Source: an uncultured delta proteobacterium (lineage in GTDB: Bacteria; Desulfobacterota; Zymogenia; Zymogenales; Zymogenaceae). Taken from it: a stretch of DNA of 64,000 nt. Shown piece after piece: positions 9,644 through 19,375 of the stretch (its first letter is position 1; the number at the start of each line of letters is the position of its first letter). Location of the stretch: contig CAWBYW010000030.1 of NCBI GenBank assembly GCA_963792965.1, positions 1 to 64,000 of the forward strand, in the 5' to 3' direction. The notes below the pieces were generated by a model, which saw only the letters and a program-made list of their open reading frames with translations, made no database searches and had not been told where the DNA came from. The position numbers and the translations under genes are program-made.

Positions 9644-10786
9644 TTATTTCCCGTCTTTTATGACGGCCCTGTCGAAGACTGTTCCTTCCTCGTCCACGGC
9701 CGAAAACGTGCACGTGTTACCGTTAACATCCATGATCAGAAAGTGATGTATTTTTTCTCCGAACTGCTTTTTCCCGATCAGCACCGCGTAGGGGTTATAC
9801 TCGTTAATGTCATACAACGACGAGCCCCCTCCTCCCGTCACAAAGAACGGGACGCCGCTGTACGTTTTCCCCCGGATATACTGGTGATCATGGCCGGAGA
9901 TGATGGCCGTCACCCCGTATCTCCCCATGATCCCCGTGAAAGGCTTCAATCCTGAGTAGCCCCTCCGGAATCTCCAGTAGCTTGTTACGCCTTCGTGGGA
10001 CAACACGAAGATATGGCGTGTGTTTGTGCGCGTGGAGGCGTCTTTCAGCCTTCGTGCGAGGCTGATGCCCTCCGTGAACAGGAAGAAGGGGCGCCGGGAG
10101 TAGATATCGAGGAAAAGATAGAGGTCGCCGGAGATCGTGTCGGCAAACGTCAGTGAATCCGGCGAGGTGCCCTCGGGACGGATAAACAGGCGCCGGAACA
10201 TCGTCAGATGCGGATCGTACTCGACGTCATGATTGCCCGGAACGCCGAAGATCGGTATATGGTCAAAGACCTTCTTGCCGGGATCAAATATCTGCTCCTT
10301 CCAGTCCCCGGCCCGATTGGCCTTCCCGACGAAATCGCCTAAGAGGACGATGAATTGCGGATGAAAGGTATCCATGAGGGTAAAAAGCCTGGCCGTGACC
10401 CCATCGTTGCCCCTCATGTCGCCCATGAAGATGACGCGGTAGGGGCCCTTTGCGGGAAGGGTGGTAAACCACGCTCGATACGCCTTTTCACCGCCGACCG
10501 TCACCGTATAATCGTATCTGGTGTCGGTCGAAAGGCCCGTGAGCCTCGCCTCGTGGTGCGTCTGGATCCCCGGCGACGGGACTTCGATCTCCTTCTCCGC
10601 CGGACCAGTAAGGATCACGGAGCCGCTGCTTGCCGAATCCGTCTCCCACATAACGGTCATGGTGTCGGTGCCGGGAAGCTCGAGGACCGGGCCGATGGCA
10701 AGCTCGGCGCCGACCGCCGAAGCCGCTGACATCAGGCCGATGGCGACCAGCACCACTATCGTAGGCCATCCCTTTGTTATCATCAC
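9644..10786 (-). CDS. Calcineurin-like metallophosphoesterase with N-terminal FN3-like domain and signal peptide
   Basis: Hydrophobic N-terminus ending ASAVGA; GDMR, LGDFV, GNHD, SH, GHDHQY, TGGGG motifs; paralog of the adjacent gene. Confidence 0.82.
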   Translation of the reverse strand: MMITKGWPTIVVLVAIGLMSAASAVGAELAIGPVLELPGTDTMTVMWETDSASSGSVILTGPAEKEIEVPSPGIQTHHEARLTGLSTDTRYDYTVTVGGEKAYRAWFTTLPAKGPYRVIFMGDMRGNDGVTARLFTLMDTFHPQFIVLLGDFVGKANRAGDWKEQIFDPGKKVFDHIPIFGVPGNHDVEYDPHLTMFRRLFIRPEGTSPDSLTFADTISGDLYLFLDIYSRRPFFLFTEGISLARRLKDASTRTNTRHIFVLSHEGVTSYWRFRRGYSGLKPFTGIMGRYGVTAIISGHDHQYIRGKTYSGVPFFVTGGGGSSLYDINEYNPYAVLIGKKQFGEKIHHFLIMDVNGNTCTFSAVDEEGTVFDRAVIKDGK

Positions 10787-11790
10787 GTGCTCCTCTCTCT
10801 CTTCTCGACGCCCCTGAGGATATCGAGATACCGGGGCGCAGTGGTCTGAAGGGAGAAATTCTCTTCGACCAGGCGTCTCCCTGCAAGCCCCATCTTCCTA
10901 CACAGCTCCCTGTTTGCCGCCAGTTTCTCGAGCTGTTCGGCCCATTCGTCGATCGACTCGGCCCAGAGCCCGGTCTGCCCGGGTGTGACCAGGTCCCGGT
11001 TGATCCCCACCGGGCTCACGAGCGCCGGAACTCCCGCGGCCAGATATTGCACGACCTTCAGCCCGCACTTGCCCCTCGCGAAGGGATCGTCTGAGATCGG
11101 CATGACTCCCACGTCGAAGCTCATGAGATCTTCCGAAACGTCCTGGGGCCGCCACGGCTTCTTGATGACGTCGACGCCATCCACATCGAAGAATCGATTG
11201 CAGACGATCTTAAGCTTGAGATTCTTTATGCGCCCTGCGGCCTTCGCAACGGCGGGCGCGATCGCCTCGAGATAGGGGAGGTTTGCCGCGCTGCCGATCC
11301 ATCCAACCACGAAGTCGGTGCTCGTCTCTGAATAATCTTTGACACCGTATTCATCGACATCCACGATCGTGGGCACGATGAATATCCGGTCGCGGGAGGT
11401 ATAGCGCGCCGCCTGATCGGCGAGATAGGAATTGCCCGCGGTGACGGCGTCGGCCGTTTTCATCATGTGGGCAAACCGCCGCATCCGCTGCCACGAGGCC
11501 TGATTCTTGTGCCGCGATGAGCGGTACATGATGGCGTCGTCGAAATCAAAGACGATGCGTCTTGCGTGTCTCCTCACAAAGAAGAGGTCAAGGGAGGTGA
11601 GGAGTTTTCGCTGAACGATCACGACGTCAAACTCGGCAAGCCGCCTGAAGATGCCCAGGCGCGCAAATAATCCCGCCGGTACTTTGAGGAGCGTTACATC
11701 CACGCCGTTTCTTTCGAAGAAGGGGATGAATTCCTTTACCCGAAACCTCCCCTCATACCCTTTATGCATCAAGTAGGCGAGCTTCTTCAT
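10783..11790 (-). CDS. Glycosyltransferase family 4
   Basis: FDFDDAI, VGWIGS, DVGVMP...GKCGLKVVQYLAAGVP...SPVG; likely start at MKKLAY. Confidence 0.85.
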   Translation of the reverse strand: MKKLAYLMHKGYEGRFRVKEFIPFFERNGVDVTLLKVPAGLFARLGIFRRLAEFDVVIVQRKLLTSLDLFFVRRHARRIVFDFDDAIMYRSSRHKNQASWQRMRRFAHMMKTADAVTAGNSYLADQAARYTSRDRIFIVPTIVDVDEYGVKDYSETSTDFVVGWIGSAANLPYLEAIAPAVAKAAGRIKNLKLKIVCNRFFDVDGVDVIKKPWRPQDVSEDLMSFDVGVMPISDDPFARGKCGLKVVQYLAAGVPALVSPVGINRDLVTPGQTGLWAESIDEWAEQLEKLAANRELCRKMGLAGRRLVEENFSLQTTAPRYLDILRGVEKRERST

Positions 11791-11932
11791 TGCCGCACCG
11801 TGTCGATCGAGTATTTCACGGAACACGGACCAATCGTGCCGCGGGCCCCGGCTTCGTGCCGGCGGCCGGGTTTTTCCTCCGCGCCCGTATGTGGGCCGCT
11901 GTATGTCAAAACAGACGTCAAGAATGACCGGC

Positions 11933-13099
11933 TCATTTTCCTTCTCCCTCGATAAGTGACCGATAGAATCGCTCTATCGTCTCGGCCTGTCTGTGCGCGT
12001 CGAACCGTGCCACTGCGGCGCGGTGGGCCCCCTCCCCGAGCCTCTTCCTCTCACGTTCGTCGCCCAGCAATCGACCCAGGGCCAAACCGATCTCTCGTCG
12101 GCTTGGCGCCACCACAAGGCCGGACACGTCGTGCCGTACGATCTCGGGAATCATGCCGATATTCGTCGCGACCACCGGCAGGCCGAGCGCCATCGCCTCC
12201 CGAAGCGCCCGCGCCGTACCGTCGGAGCCGGGGACCATGAAGACGAATATATCCATGGACAAGAGCGTATCCCGGTAATCACTCCGAATGTACCCCGGCG
12301 CGATAACCCGATCGGCGATCCCGAGCTCCCGGGCGGGCCGATGGACACTCTGCTCCATCTGTGAGCTCCTTCCCAGCAAGAGGAGTCGGGCAGTTGGGTA
12401 TTTTTCGGCGATGTCGGCCAGGGCGCCGATCACAAGATCGGTCTTCCGATACTTCTGAAAACGGGCAACCATCCCGATGACGAGGGCGTCACGATCGATG
12501 CCGAAGGCCTTGCGCATGTTCTTTTCGGGGCGGCCCGGACGCCACCGATCGAGGTCGAGGGCGGGATCGACGACAAGAAGTCTCTGTTTCGGAAACGAAA
12601 AGTCCTCCGCAATCCGCGCGCCCGCCCGAGCCGAAAAAGTGATCAGGCCGTCCGTCCACCGCCTGAGGAGGAAACGGTTGGCCATCCCGGCCGGAATCGA
12701 TTCCCGTTTGTGGTCGGTCCTGACAAGCACGGGCCTTTTGGCCGCGTGGCCGATAGTAAGCCCCGCCACAATATGGTCGTGATCGGAGTGGGCGTTAACG
12801 ACGTCGGGCTCAAACTCGTCGACAAGCGCCCGCAGCCCTCGCCTGTCCCGGAGGATTGCGGGGATGCCGAAGAGGTTGTCGGGCTTAGTCCTCTTATCCC
12901 ATGCCAGGCTCGTGTCGACACGCACCCCACGCTCGAGCGCGAAGCGAACGATGTTCTCGGCCTCCTCGCTATCTTCCGGAGGCGCCTTTACCGCCACGAT
13001 CACCTCGTGGCCACGGTCGCTGAGCGCGCGGGCGAGAATCAGGATCGGTTCTGCGGGCCCCGTCCATTTCCAGTCCGCCAGCAGATGGACTATTTTCAC
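11933..13099 (-). CDS. Glycosyltransferase family 4
   Basis: WTGPAE, IGMVARF, GSDGTARALREAMALGLPVVATNIG. Confidence 0.85.
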   Translation of the reverse strand: MKIVHLLADWKWTGPAEPILILARALSDRGHEVIVAVKAPPEDSEEAENIVRFALERGVRVDTSLAWDKRTKPDNLFGIPAILRDRRGLRALVDEFEPDVVNAHSDHDHIVAGLTIGHAAKRPVLVRTDHKRESIPAGMANRFLLRRWTDGLITFSARAGARIAEDFSFPKQRLLVVDPALDLDRWRPGRPEKNMRKAFGIDRDALVIGMVARFQKYRKTDLVIGALADIAEKYPTARLLLLGRSSQMEQSVHRPARELGIADRVIAPGYIRSDYRDTLLSMDIFVFMVPGSDGTARALREAMALGLPVVATNIGMIPEIVRHDVSGLVVAPSRREIGLALGRLLGDERERKRLGEGAHRAAVARFDAHRQAETIERFYRSLIEGEGK

Positions 13100-14229
13100 T
13101 TGTCGTTTCCGTGTGAAAAATCGTTTAATACAGTTATGACGCGCTGGACCTCGGCATCGGTAAGCTCGGGGAACATCGGGATGGAAAGTATTTGTTCCGA
13201 AAGCCCCTCCGTTACCGGCAGGTCGCCGACGCGATAGCCGAGATACCGATAGACCGGCTGCAGGTGTATAGGCCGCGGGTAATGAGTGGCGTACCCCACG
13301 CCGTATCGAGATAAATGATCGACGAGCCTGTCCCGGTCTCGACTCCTGATCACGAACAGGTGATAGACGTGGCGCGCGTACGGCTTGGCGATGGGCAACA
13401 TATACGGCCCCCGTATTCCCTCATAATAGAGCCGGGCGATCTGTTGCCTCCGCTCATTCTTCTCATCGAGGTCCCGAAGCCTGAGCCGAAGCACCGCGGC
13501 CTGGAGATCGTCCATCCGGCTGTTAAACCCGGGGTCTTCGTGGAGATAGCGCTCGCGCTGTCCGTAGTCGCGCATCGACCGCAGCCGCCCCGCGAGCGCC
13601 CCGTCACCGGTCACGACCATACCGGCGTCCCCGAGCGCTGCAAGGTTCTTGGTGGGGTAGAACGAAAACGCGGCCGCCTCCCCGAACGTCCCGACCTTCC
13701 TCCCTTTATAGAGGGCGCCGTGGGCCTGGGCGCAGTCTTCCAGGACGAACAGGCCGTGCCGTTCGGCAAGTGACGTGATCGGATCCATGTCACACGGATG
13801 GCCGTAGAGGTGAACGGGAATGATGCCCCTGACCCTTCCGTCCCCCTTCTTCTCCGCGGTCTTTTTGAGGAGGACCTCGAGCGCCTCGGGATCGACGGTG
13901 GCCGTCTCCGGATCCACGTCCACAAAGGCGGGAACCCCACCGGCCCTCGTTACCGCGCAGGCGGTGGGAAAAGCGGTGTTGGCCGGTATAATGACCCTCT
14001 CGCCCTCTAAAAGGCCGAGCGCCATGAGCGCGAGCGTCAGCGCGTCCGTTCCCGACGCGACCGCCACCCCGAACGATGTGCCGACGTAGGCGCTGAACTC
14101 TTCCTCAAGCGAGCTTACCTCCCCGCCGAGGATATATCGGCCCGAGTCGACCACCCGTGAGAGCGCCTCGATGATTTCGTCGCGCCCGGCCCCGGCCGTC
14201 CTCTTCGGATCGGATACCGGGACCGTCAT
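13096..14229 (-). CDS. DegT/DnrJ/EryC1/StrS family PLP-dependent sugar aminotransferase
   Basis: SGTDAL, PVHLYGHP, EDCAQAHG, SFYPTKNL (PLP lysine), GFNSRMD; GGAGG before the ATG at 14229. Confidence 0.92.
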   Translation of the reverse strand: MTVPVSDPKRTAGAGRDEIIEALSRVVDSGRYILGGEVSSLEEEFSAYVGTSFGVAVASGTDALTLALMALGLLEGERVIIPANTAFPTACAVTRAGGVPAFVDVDPETATVDPEALEVLLKKTAEKKGDGRVRGIIPVHLYGHPCDMDPITSLAERHGLFVLEDCAQAHGALYKGRKVGTFGEAAAFSFYPTKNLAALGDAGMVVTGDGALAGRLRSMRDYGQRERYLHEDPGFNSRMDDLQAAVLRLRLRDLDEKNERRQQIARLYYEGIRGPYMLPIAKPYARHVYHLFVIRSRDRDRLVDHLSRYGVGYATHYPRPIHLQPVYRYLGYRVGDLPVTEGLSEQILSIPMFPELTDAEVQRVITVLNDFSHGNDK

Positions 14230-14996
14230 TGGTTCCTCCCGACAACGTTGGTGAGCTCCCACAGCTTCGCATATTTGATAAAGACGTAGTAGGCCGTCGT
14301 GACCGCGATGATAAGCCCGGGCACACCGTCCAAAAAGCCGAGCCTCAGGAAATAGTCACGGACAAAGCGGTAAGGGGGGTTGAGGAAGAGCTTTATAACG
14401 CCTGCGGTCTTGTTTTCGCCTTTCATGTCGACCGCGGCGACCGACGAATAGATGTCGACTTTCCTGATCTGGTCGGAGATGTCCTTGTAGCTGTAATGGA
14501 GAAAATAATGCTTCAAGACGCCCACCTTGCCGTCTACGTGGACCTTGGCGTGAAGCCCCCCCTCCCACGTCGCCTTATCCTTTCGGTAGAGACGGATTTC
14601 GTAGTCAGGGTACCACCCGCCGTGTTTTATGAGGCGTCCGAGATAGAAGCTCTTTCGGTGGGTAATGTATCCGTCCAGGGCCGGCCCGGTGTCCTTAAAG
14701 AGGGCCCCGATCTCGTCGGCAAGCTCCTCGGAGACTTCCTCGTCGGCGTCGATGAAGATGACCCAGCGGTTTTTCGTGAGGTCCTGGGCATAATGGTACT
14801 GCTCCCGGAACCCGGGCCACTCCCTCCGGTAAACCCGGCCCGTGCATTCCCTGAGGATCTCAAGAGTGCCGTCGGTGCTTCCGGAGTCCACGGCGACGAT
14901 CTCGTCGGTCCATTGAGCGACGCTGGCCAGCGCCCGCCGTATGGTGCGGATGTTGTCCTTCGTGATGATATAGGCGGAGACGGGAAGCTTGCTCAT
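14226..14996 (-). CDS. Glycosyltransferase family 2 (WaaE/KdtX-like, LPS core)
   Basis: VDSGSTDGT, IDADE (DxD), GWYPDY, YFLRLGFLDG, YAKLWE. Confidence 0.88.
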   Translation of the reverse strand: MSKLPVSAYIITKDNIRTIRRALASVAQWTDEIVAVDSGSTDGTLEILRECTGRVYRREWPGFREQYHYAQDLTKNRWVIFIDADEEVSEELADEIGALFKDTGPALDGYITHRKSFYLGRLIKHGGWYPDYEIRLYRKDKATWEGGLHAKVHVDGKVGVLKHYFLHYSYKDISDQIRKVDIYSSVAAVDMKGENKTAGVIKLFLNPPYRFVRDYFLRLGFLDGVPGLIIAVTTAYYVFIKYAKLWELTNVVGRNQ

Positions 14997-15080
14997 ATGC
15001 GTGCGTATGACCAAATTATTACTGTGTATCCGCCCTCAAGGCACGAAGCGGTTTGGTAAGGATCGGCCGTAGGTCGCGGT

Positions 15081-16247
15081 TTAGCCTCTGTTTCCGGCCT
15101 TGCGAGCCGGCCTCCCGGCCGCCCTGATTACCTCGCCCCTCACATGCTGTGCCCTCTTGTTGTGGCCCAACAGATCGAAGGCGGCGTCCGCCACCATCTC
15201 GGGGGTGATCCCTTCAAAGCAGTCGGCATTCATGCATTTCTTCTTCCTGCACGGAGCACAGCTCGACGGGACCCGAACCATGCGAAACGGCGTCTTTCTG
15301 TACGGCTCGTTTTCAATCGGGTCGGTAGGGCCGAAGATCACCACAACCGGGGTGCCCACGAAGGAGGAAATGTGGGTTGTCCCAGTGTCTCCCCCGATAT
15401 AGAGATCGGCCGTCCGGTAAAGCTGTGCCAGCTCAGGGAGAGAAAGCGGACCGGGGAGAACCGTTGCCCTCTGTCTCATCGAGCGCCGCATGGTGGAGGC
15501 CACCGCTTCCTCGCCGGGGCCCCAGCTGACGATCACCTCCCCGCCGACCCGATCGAGGATCAGGTCCGCCGCGGCGGCAAATCCGCGCACGTCCCACCTT
15601 TTGTAGGCGGTTTTTTCCGATGTGCCGGGGTGTATGATAATACGCGGCCGCCTCCCTGTAATCTTTCCCTTCAGGGTCCGCTCGACGGCCGCGTGCTCTT
15701 CCGGCCCGCTGTCGATGTAGATATCGGGCACGGTGATGTCTCCGCAGAGGGCCCGGGAAAGGGCGAGGTTTCTCTCTATCCGCGGCATCTTGCCCGCAGG
15801 CAAGGCGACCCGGTGGTTATTGAACAGGTGATTCATCTCCTTGGTGAACCCGTTCTCAAACCCGATTCGCACGGGCGCTCCCGAGAGATACGATATCAGG
15901 CCGCTCTTCAGTATCCCGTGGAAATCCAGCGCAACGTCAAAGCGTCTGAGCCTAAGGGAGGACACGAAACGCCGCGCCTCAGTGACGGCCGAGGGAACGG
16001 TAAGCGGATTTTTTACCTTCTTCGTGAGGGACTGCCGGGGAAAGAGGATGACCTCATCGATATCGTGTCTTCCCGAGAGGATGGGATAGGCCTTTTCTTC
16101 GACAACCCAGGCGATAGAGGCCTTCGGAAAACGCTTTCGCACCATCCCGAGGGCGGGCAGGGTCCGGACTACGTCCCCTATCGCCGAAAGGCGGATGATC
16201 ATGATGCGCTCGACTGTTTCTTTCTGTGGGATCAAGAAGCCTCTCAA
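15081..16247 (-). CDS. LPS heptosyltransferase, glycosyltransferase family 9 (WaaC/WaaF-like)
   Basis: IRLSAIGDV, DFHGILKS, HPGTS...KRW, GGDTGTTH, IFGPT, CAPC. Confidence 0.9.
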   Translation of the reverse strand: MRGFLIPQKETVERIMIIRLSAIGDVVRTLPALGMVRKRFPKASIAWVVEEKAYPILSGRHDIDEVILFPRQSLTKKVKNPLTVPSAVTEARRFVSSLRLRRFDVALDFHGILKSGLISYLSGAPVRIGFENGFTKEMNHLFNNHRVALPAGKMPRIERNLALSRALCGDITVPDIYIDSGPEEHAAVERTLKGKITGRRPRIIIHPGTSEKTAYKRWDVRGFAAAADLILDRVGGEVIVSWGPGEEAVASTMRRSMRQRATVLPGPLSLPELAQLYRTADLYIGGDTGTTHISSFVGTPVVVIFGPTDPIENEPYRKTPFRMVRVPSSCAPCRKKKCMNADCFEGITPEMVADAAFDLLGHNKRAQHVRGEVIRAAGRPARKAGNRG

Positions 16248-16476
16248 TCGGGGGAATGCTTCCTATGGAACGCCCCCCCGAATTATTTCTTAATAATAGT
16301 GCGCCGCCGACCGCGCCCGGCGATCATGCCGCCGCCCCAAGGCAATTGATGATGTGTGTGGCCGAGTCCATATCTGTTAGCACAAAAGACGATAAATAGC
16401 AACACGAAAAACCCCAAAAATATGCTTGACAAAAGCACTGCGACCGTCCGATAGTAATAGCCGGGAGGGAAAATCC

Positions 16477-16977
16477 ATGACGGTTGCCTCACGGAAAATG
16501 AAAACGATCCTCGCTATCCCCTTATCTCTTCTTGTTGCATCCATCCTTTTCGGGCTGCTCACTTCCTGCTCGGGGACAGATGCGCAGATTACCTCATACG
16601 GGTTGAACGCTAAGGATCTGGTGATCTCAAGCGAGAAAGAGGGAGAGCCCGTTAAGCCGCCTGCCTTTTCTCCCGGCGACAAGATCTACGTCCGTTTTAA
16701 CCTCTCGGACTACCAGCTCGACTCGGAAGGAAACATGTGGATACAGGAAGACCTGATCATGAAAGGTCAGGACAATATCCCGATCCTCACCCGTCCTAAT
16801 ATTATCAATGACAGAGTGGCCCCGCCGAAGGGGACCGCGTCCGTCCCGATAAGCAACGTGATCACCCTCTTCGACACGACCCGACCCGGTCCCTATACCA
16901 TCGGCCTCAATGTTCGCGACAAAATCGGTGGAGGTGCAGTTTATATCGAGGTCGCAGTGACGGTAAAGGGGAAATAG
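16477..16977 (+). CDS. Hypothetical lipoprotein, beta-rich (possibly Ig-like)
   Basis: GGGAGGG RBS; hydrophobic signal ending in the lipobox LTSC; PGPYTIGLNVRD strand pattern. Confidence 0.7.
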   Translation: MTVASRKMKTILAIPLSLLVASILFGLLTSCSGTDAQITSYGLNAKDLVISSEKEGEPVKPPAFSPGDKIYVRFNLSDYQLDSEGNMWIQEDLIMKGQDNIPILTRPNIINDRVAPPKGTASVPISNVITLFDTTRPGPYTIGLNVRDKIGGGAVYIEVAVTVKGK

Positions 16978-17042
16978 GGCCACCTCCCGACGGCGAGATA
17001 TACACGATAACGTTCCGCGCTGGCCTCGGTCTCTTCACCCCC

Positions 17043-17789
17043 CTATTTAATCACCACGCGGGCAAGCGTTAACACGCCGACCCTCTCGGCCCCGCCACGG
17101 GACAGGGTCCTGGCACACTCGGCGACTGTCGCCCCGGTCGTATAGACGTCGTCGACTAAAAGGACCCGCTTTTCGCGAAATCCGTCCCCCACTACCGTAA
17201 AAGCCCCCCGTACGTTCTTTTCCCGCTCCTTCGGCGACAGCTGTATCTGGGGCATCGTCCAGCGACACCTTATCAGGTCCGTATCGTTTACCGGCATTCC
17301 CCAGAGGCTCCCGATCTCCCTGCATAAGAGAAGCGCCTGGTTATATCCACGCTCGTAGAGCCTCCTGCGGTGGAGCGGAACCGGAGTGATGAGGTCATAG
17401 CTCCTCAGGTCACATCCGCTCCAATCGTTTCCGGCCACCAGCTCAGACAGTACCGGGGCCAGGTACGTCCGGTGGTGATATTTGAACAGATGTACCGCCG
17501 CGAGCAGCACACCACCGTAGACACCGTAGGTCCTGGCGACATGGAACGGAGGCTTAACGGCCATGCATTCCCCGCAGAGATGATCGGAGTCGGCCGATCC
17601 GAAGAAGGGCTTCCCGCAGAACGTGCAGAGGGGGTGACTGATCTTGACGATCTGGGAAATGCACGATCCGCAGAGATGACGCTCGCCGGACGAAAGGTAT
17701 TCCCCACAGATCACACAGAGCGGAGGAAAAATGAGATCCATGAGCGCGCCGAGAAGCCGCCGTGCGTCCCGACTTCCTCTCTTCTTCAT
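17043..17789 (-). CDS. comF: ComF family protein (double zinc ribbon plus phosphoribosyltransferase domain)
   Basis: CVIC, CGSC, CTFC and CGEC pairs; PVPLH, RGYNQ, VLLVDDVYTTGAT. Confidence 0.9.
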   Translation of the reverse strand: MKKRGSRDARRLLGALMDLIFPPLCVICGEYLSSGERHLCGSCISQIVKISHPLCTFCGKPFFGSADSDHLCGECMAVKPPFHVARTYGVYGGVLLAAVHLFKYHHRTYLAPVLSELVAGNDWSGCDLRSYDLITPVPLHRRRLYERGYNQALLLCREIGSLWGMPVNDTDLIRCRWTMPQIQLSPKEREKNVRGAFTVVGDGFREKRVLLVDDVYTTGATVAECARTLSRGGAERVGVLTLARVVIK

Positions 17790-17898
17790 CACCGTCCACC
17801 CTCTTGGTCCGCTACTAACTTTCACGGAAGATCCTTTCGGCTCGTCTCAATTAAAAAAGGCCGCCGGAGAGGCGGCCGCAAGCGGGGGACCCAGTCCC

Positions 17899-18330
17899 CT
17901 ACAGATAGTCGATTCGGATGGCCCGTTTGTCCCGCTTGGTGAACATCACCACGACCTTGCCGGTCGGTGACGAGAAGACGTGTTCTTCCACGTCGGGGTT
18001 GCGAAACGACACGGACGTCGGCGTCCCGAACGTCCCCGAGATATCACCTTCGGAAAGTTCCCGGGCCGGGATGACCCGCACCATCGTCACGATGCCGTTA
18101 ATAATATAGATGGCGGCGCCCCTCGTGTCCGACGGGGCCCTTTCCTTGTCATAGATCATAACGAATCCGGAGTCATAAGAGGGCTCCCCGAGGATCGATA
18201 TAACCTCCGCCTTTGTGGTCACGTTGGGAACGATGCCGTTCCACTCGGCGTAGGAATTACGGACGAAAAAGACCGTACCGGCAAGGACGATAGCAAAAAA
18301 AAGAAAGGATATACGAGCGATCTTCTTCAT
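17899..18330 (-). CDS. Hypothetical exported protein with two BamE/SmpA-like motifs
   Basis: Signal peptide ending SYA; TTKAEVISILGEP and LSEGDISGTFGTP; GGAGG 10 nt upstream of the ATG at 18330. Confidence 0.65.
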   Translation of the reverse strand: MKKIARISFLFFAIVLAGTVFFVRNSYAEWNGIVPNVTTKAEVISILGEPSYDSGFVMIYDKERAPSDTRGAAIYIINGIVTMVRVIPARELSEGDISGTFGTPTSVSFRNPDVEEHVFSSPTGKVVVMFTKRDKRAIRIDYL

Positions 18331-18458
18331 AACACTCATGCCTCCTCTCTCTGTGTCGGTTCTTACTTTCACCACTGTTCTCCTGTTAGGCCGCAACGTC
18401 TGTCCGCCGCGGACGTGCAGTATCACCGGTATAACCCCGTCACCACCGGCTCGCTATT

Positions 18459-19118
18459 TCAATACTGAAAGGAAAAGAAATCGTAGATAAGGCTTGCCTC
18501 CGTCGGTTTTTTGTTCTCATCCCGGGCCGGGGGCAGGATAAAGACCTGGCTGACGACCGCCGTCGGCTTCATGTAGACGGTAATCGGTTTCTTGCCCGTG
18601 CGCTCATAGACAAAATTAGGGGAGATGACGGCCTCCCTGACCCCCATGAAGAAGTCCGTGTCGCCGTAGAACTCAAATTGCTCCCCCCGCGTGTTCACCA
18701 GCATGATGCTCATCAGGATCTGCCCGATGATCTTTCGCTGCCCGGGGTCGGCAGCCGATTTCCGTACTTCATTTCGGTAGCTATCGAGCGCCAGAAAATA
18801 GGTGGCAAACGGCCTCAGGTCAAGCTTATCCCTGCTTATCCTCCGTTCGTCTACGCCGAAGACCCGTGGCTCAAGGCCCATGATAAGGCTCGCCTTGTAT
18901 TCGTCCTTCGTGCCCTCGTAAAAGATGAAGAGCTGAACGGGCCCTCCCGAGAGCGGACGGAATTCCTCTTGGAGATCGGCCAGATGTGCCCGAAAGAGCT
19001 CGGCGATCTCCTTGGGGAAGTCGTAAAAATCGAGGCTTACCTCACGGGCGGCTGAAGACCCCGTGAGTAGAGTGAAAAAGAGCCAAAAAACAAAAAAGGT
19101 TACAGCGAACCTTCTCAT
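18459..19118 (-). CDS. Hypothetical exported protein
   Basis: 219-aa ORF with a Sec-type signal (MRRFAVTFFVFWLFF...SSAA); upstream promoter-like sequence; no family recognised. Confidence 0.7.
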   Translation of the reverse strand: MRRFAVTFFVFWLFFTLLTGSSAAREVSLDFYDFPKEIAELFRAHLADLQEEFRPLSGGPVQLFIFYEGTKDEYKASLIMGLEPRVFGVDERRISRDKLDLRPFATYFLALDSYRNEVRKSAADPGQRKIIGQILMSIMLVNTRGEQFEFYGDTDFFMGVREAVISPNFVYERTGKKPITVYMKPTAVVSQVFILPPARDENKKPTEASLIYDFFSFQY

Positions 19119-19151
19119 AGCACCACAGCAGTCTATTTTTTATTGTTCGTA

Positions 19152-19181
19152 ACTGTACAATCTTGTAAAAGGAGATGTCAA
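19152..19181 (-). promoter_or_regulatory. Putative sigma-70 promoter for the 19118-comF genes
   Basis: Minus strand TTGACA-N18-TACAGT in an AT-rich divergent intergenic region. Confidence 0.45.
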
Positions 19182-19328
19182 ATGAAAAATAATTAAAATA
19201 TTTTAACGGTAACGCTCATATACGGAGAGCTGATGTACGAAGTCTCGGCGGCCCGATTGGAAATCGAGTCACGGAAGGGTATTGTGAAGACATATTCCGG
19301 CCCCTGTCTGACAGCATTCTGAATAACC

Positions 19329-19356
19329 TTGACATATTCGACGCTTTGTATAGAAT
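19329..19356 (+). promoter_or_regulatory. Putative sigma-70 promoter for the TAXI gene
   Basis: TTGACA-N16-TAGAAT, ending about 20 nt before the ATG at 19376. Confidence 0.55.
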
Positions 19357-19375
19357 TGCTCGAAAAGGACTGAGT

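Noticed and set aside
8512-10786. Calling the pair purple acid phosphatases
   Set aside because: The GDxxY tyrosine ligand is absent (GDLVS, GDFVG), so only the broader metallophosphoesterase call is supported.
16426-16457. TTGACA upstream of the lipoprotein gene
   Set aside because: The nearest -10-like hexamer is about 20 nt away, so the spacing is too poor to call.
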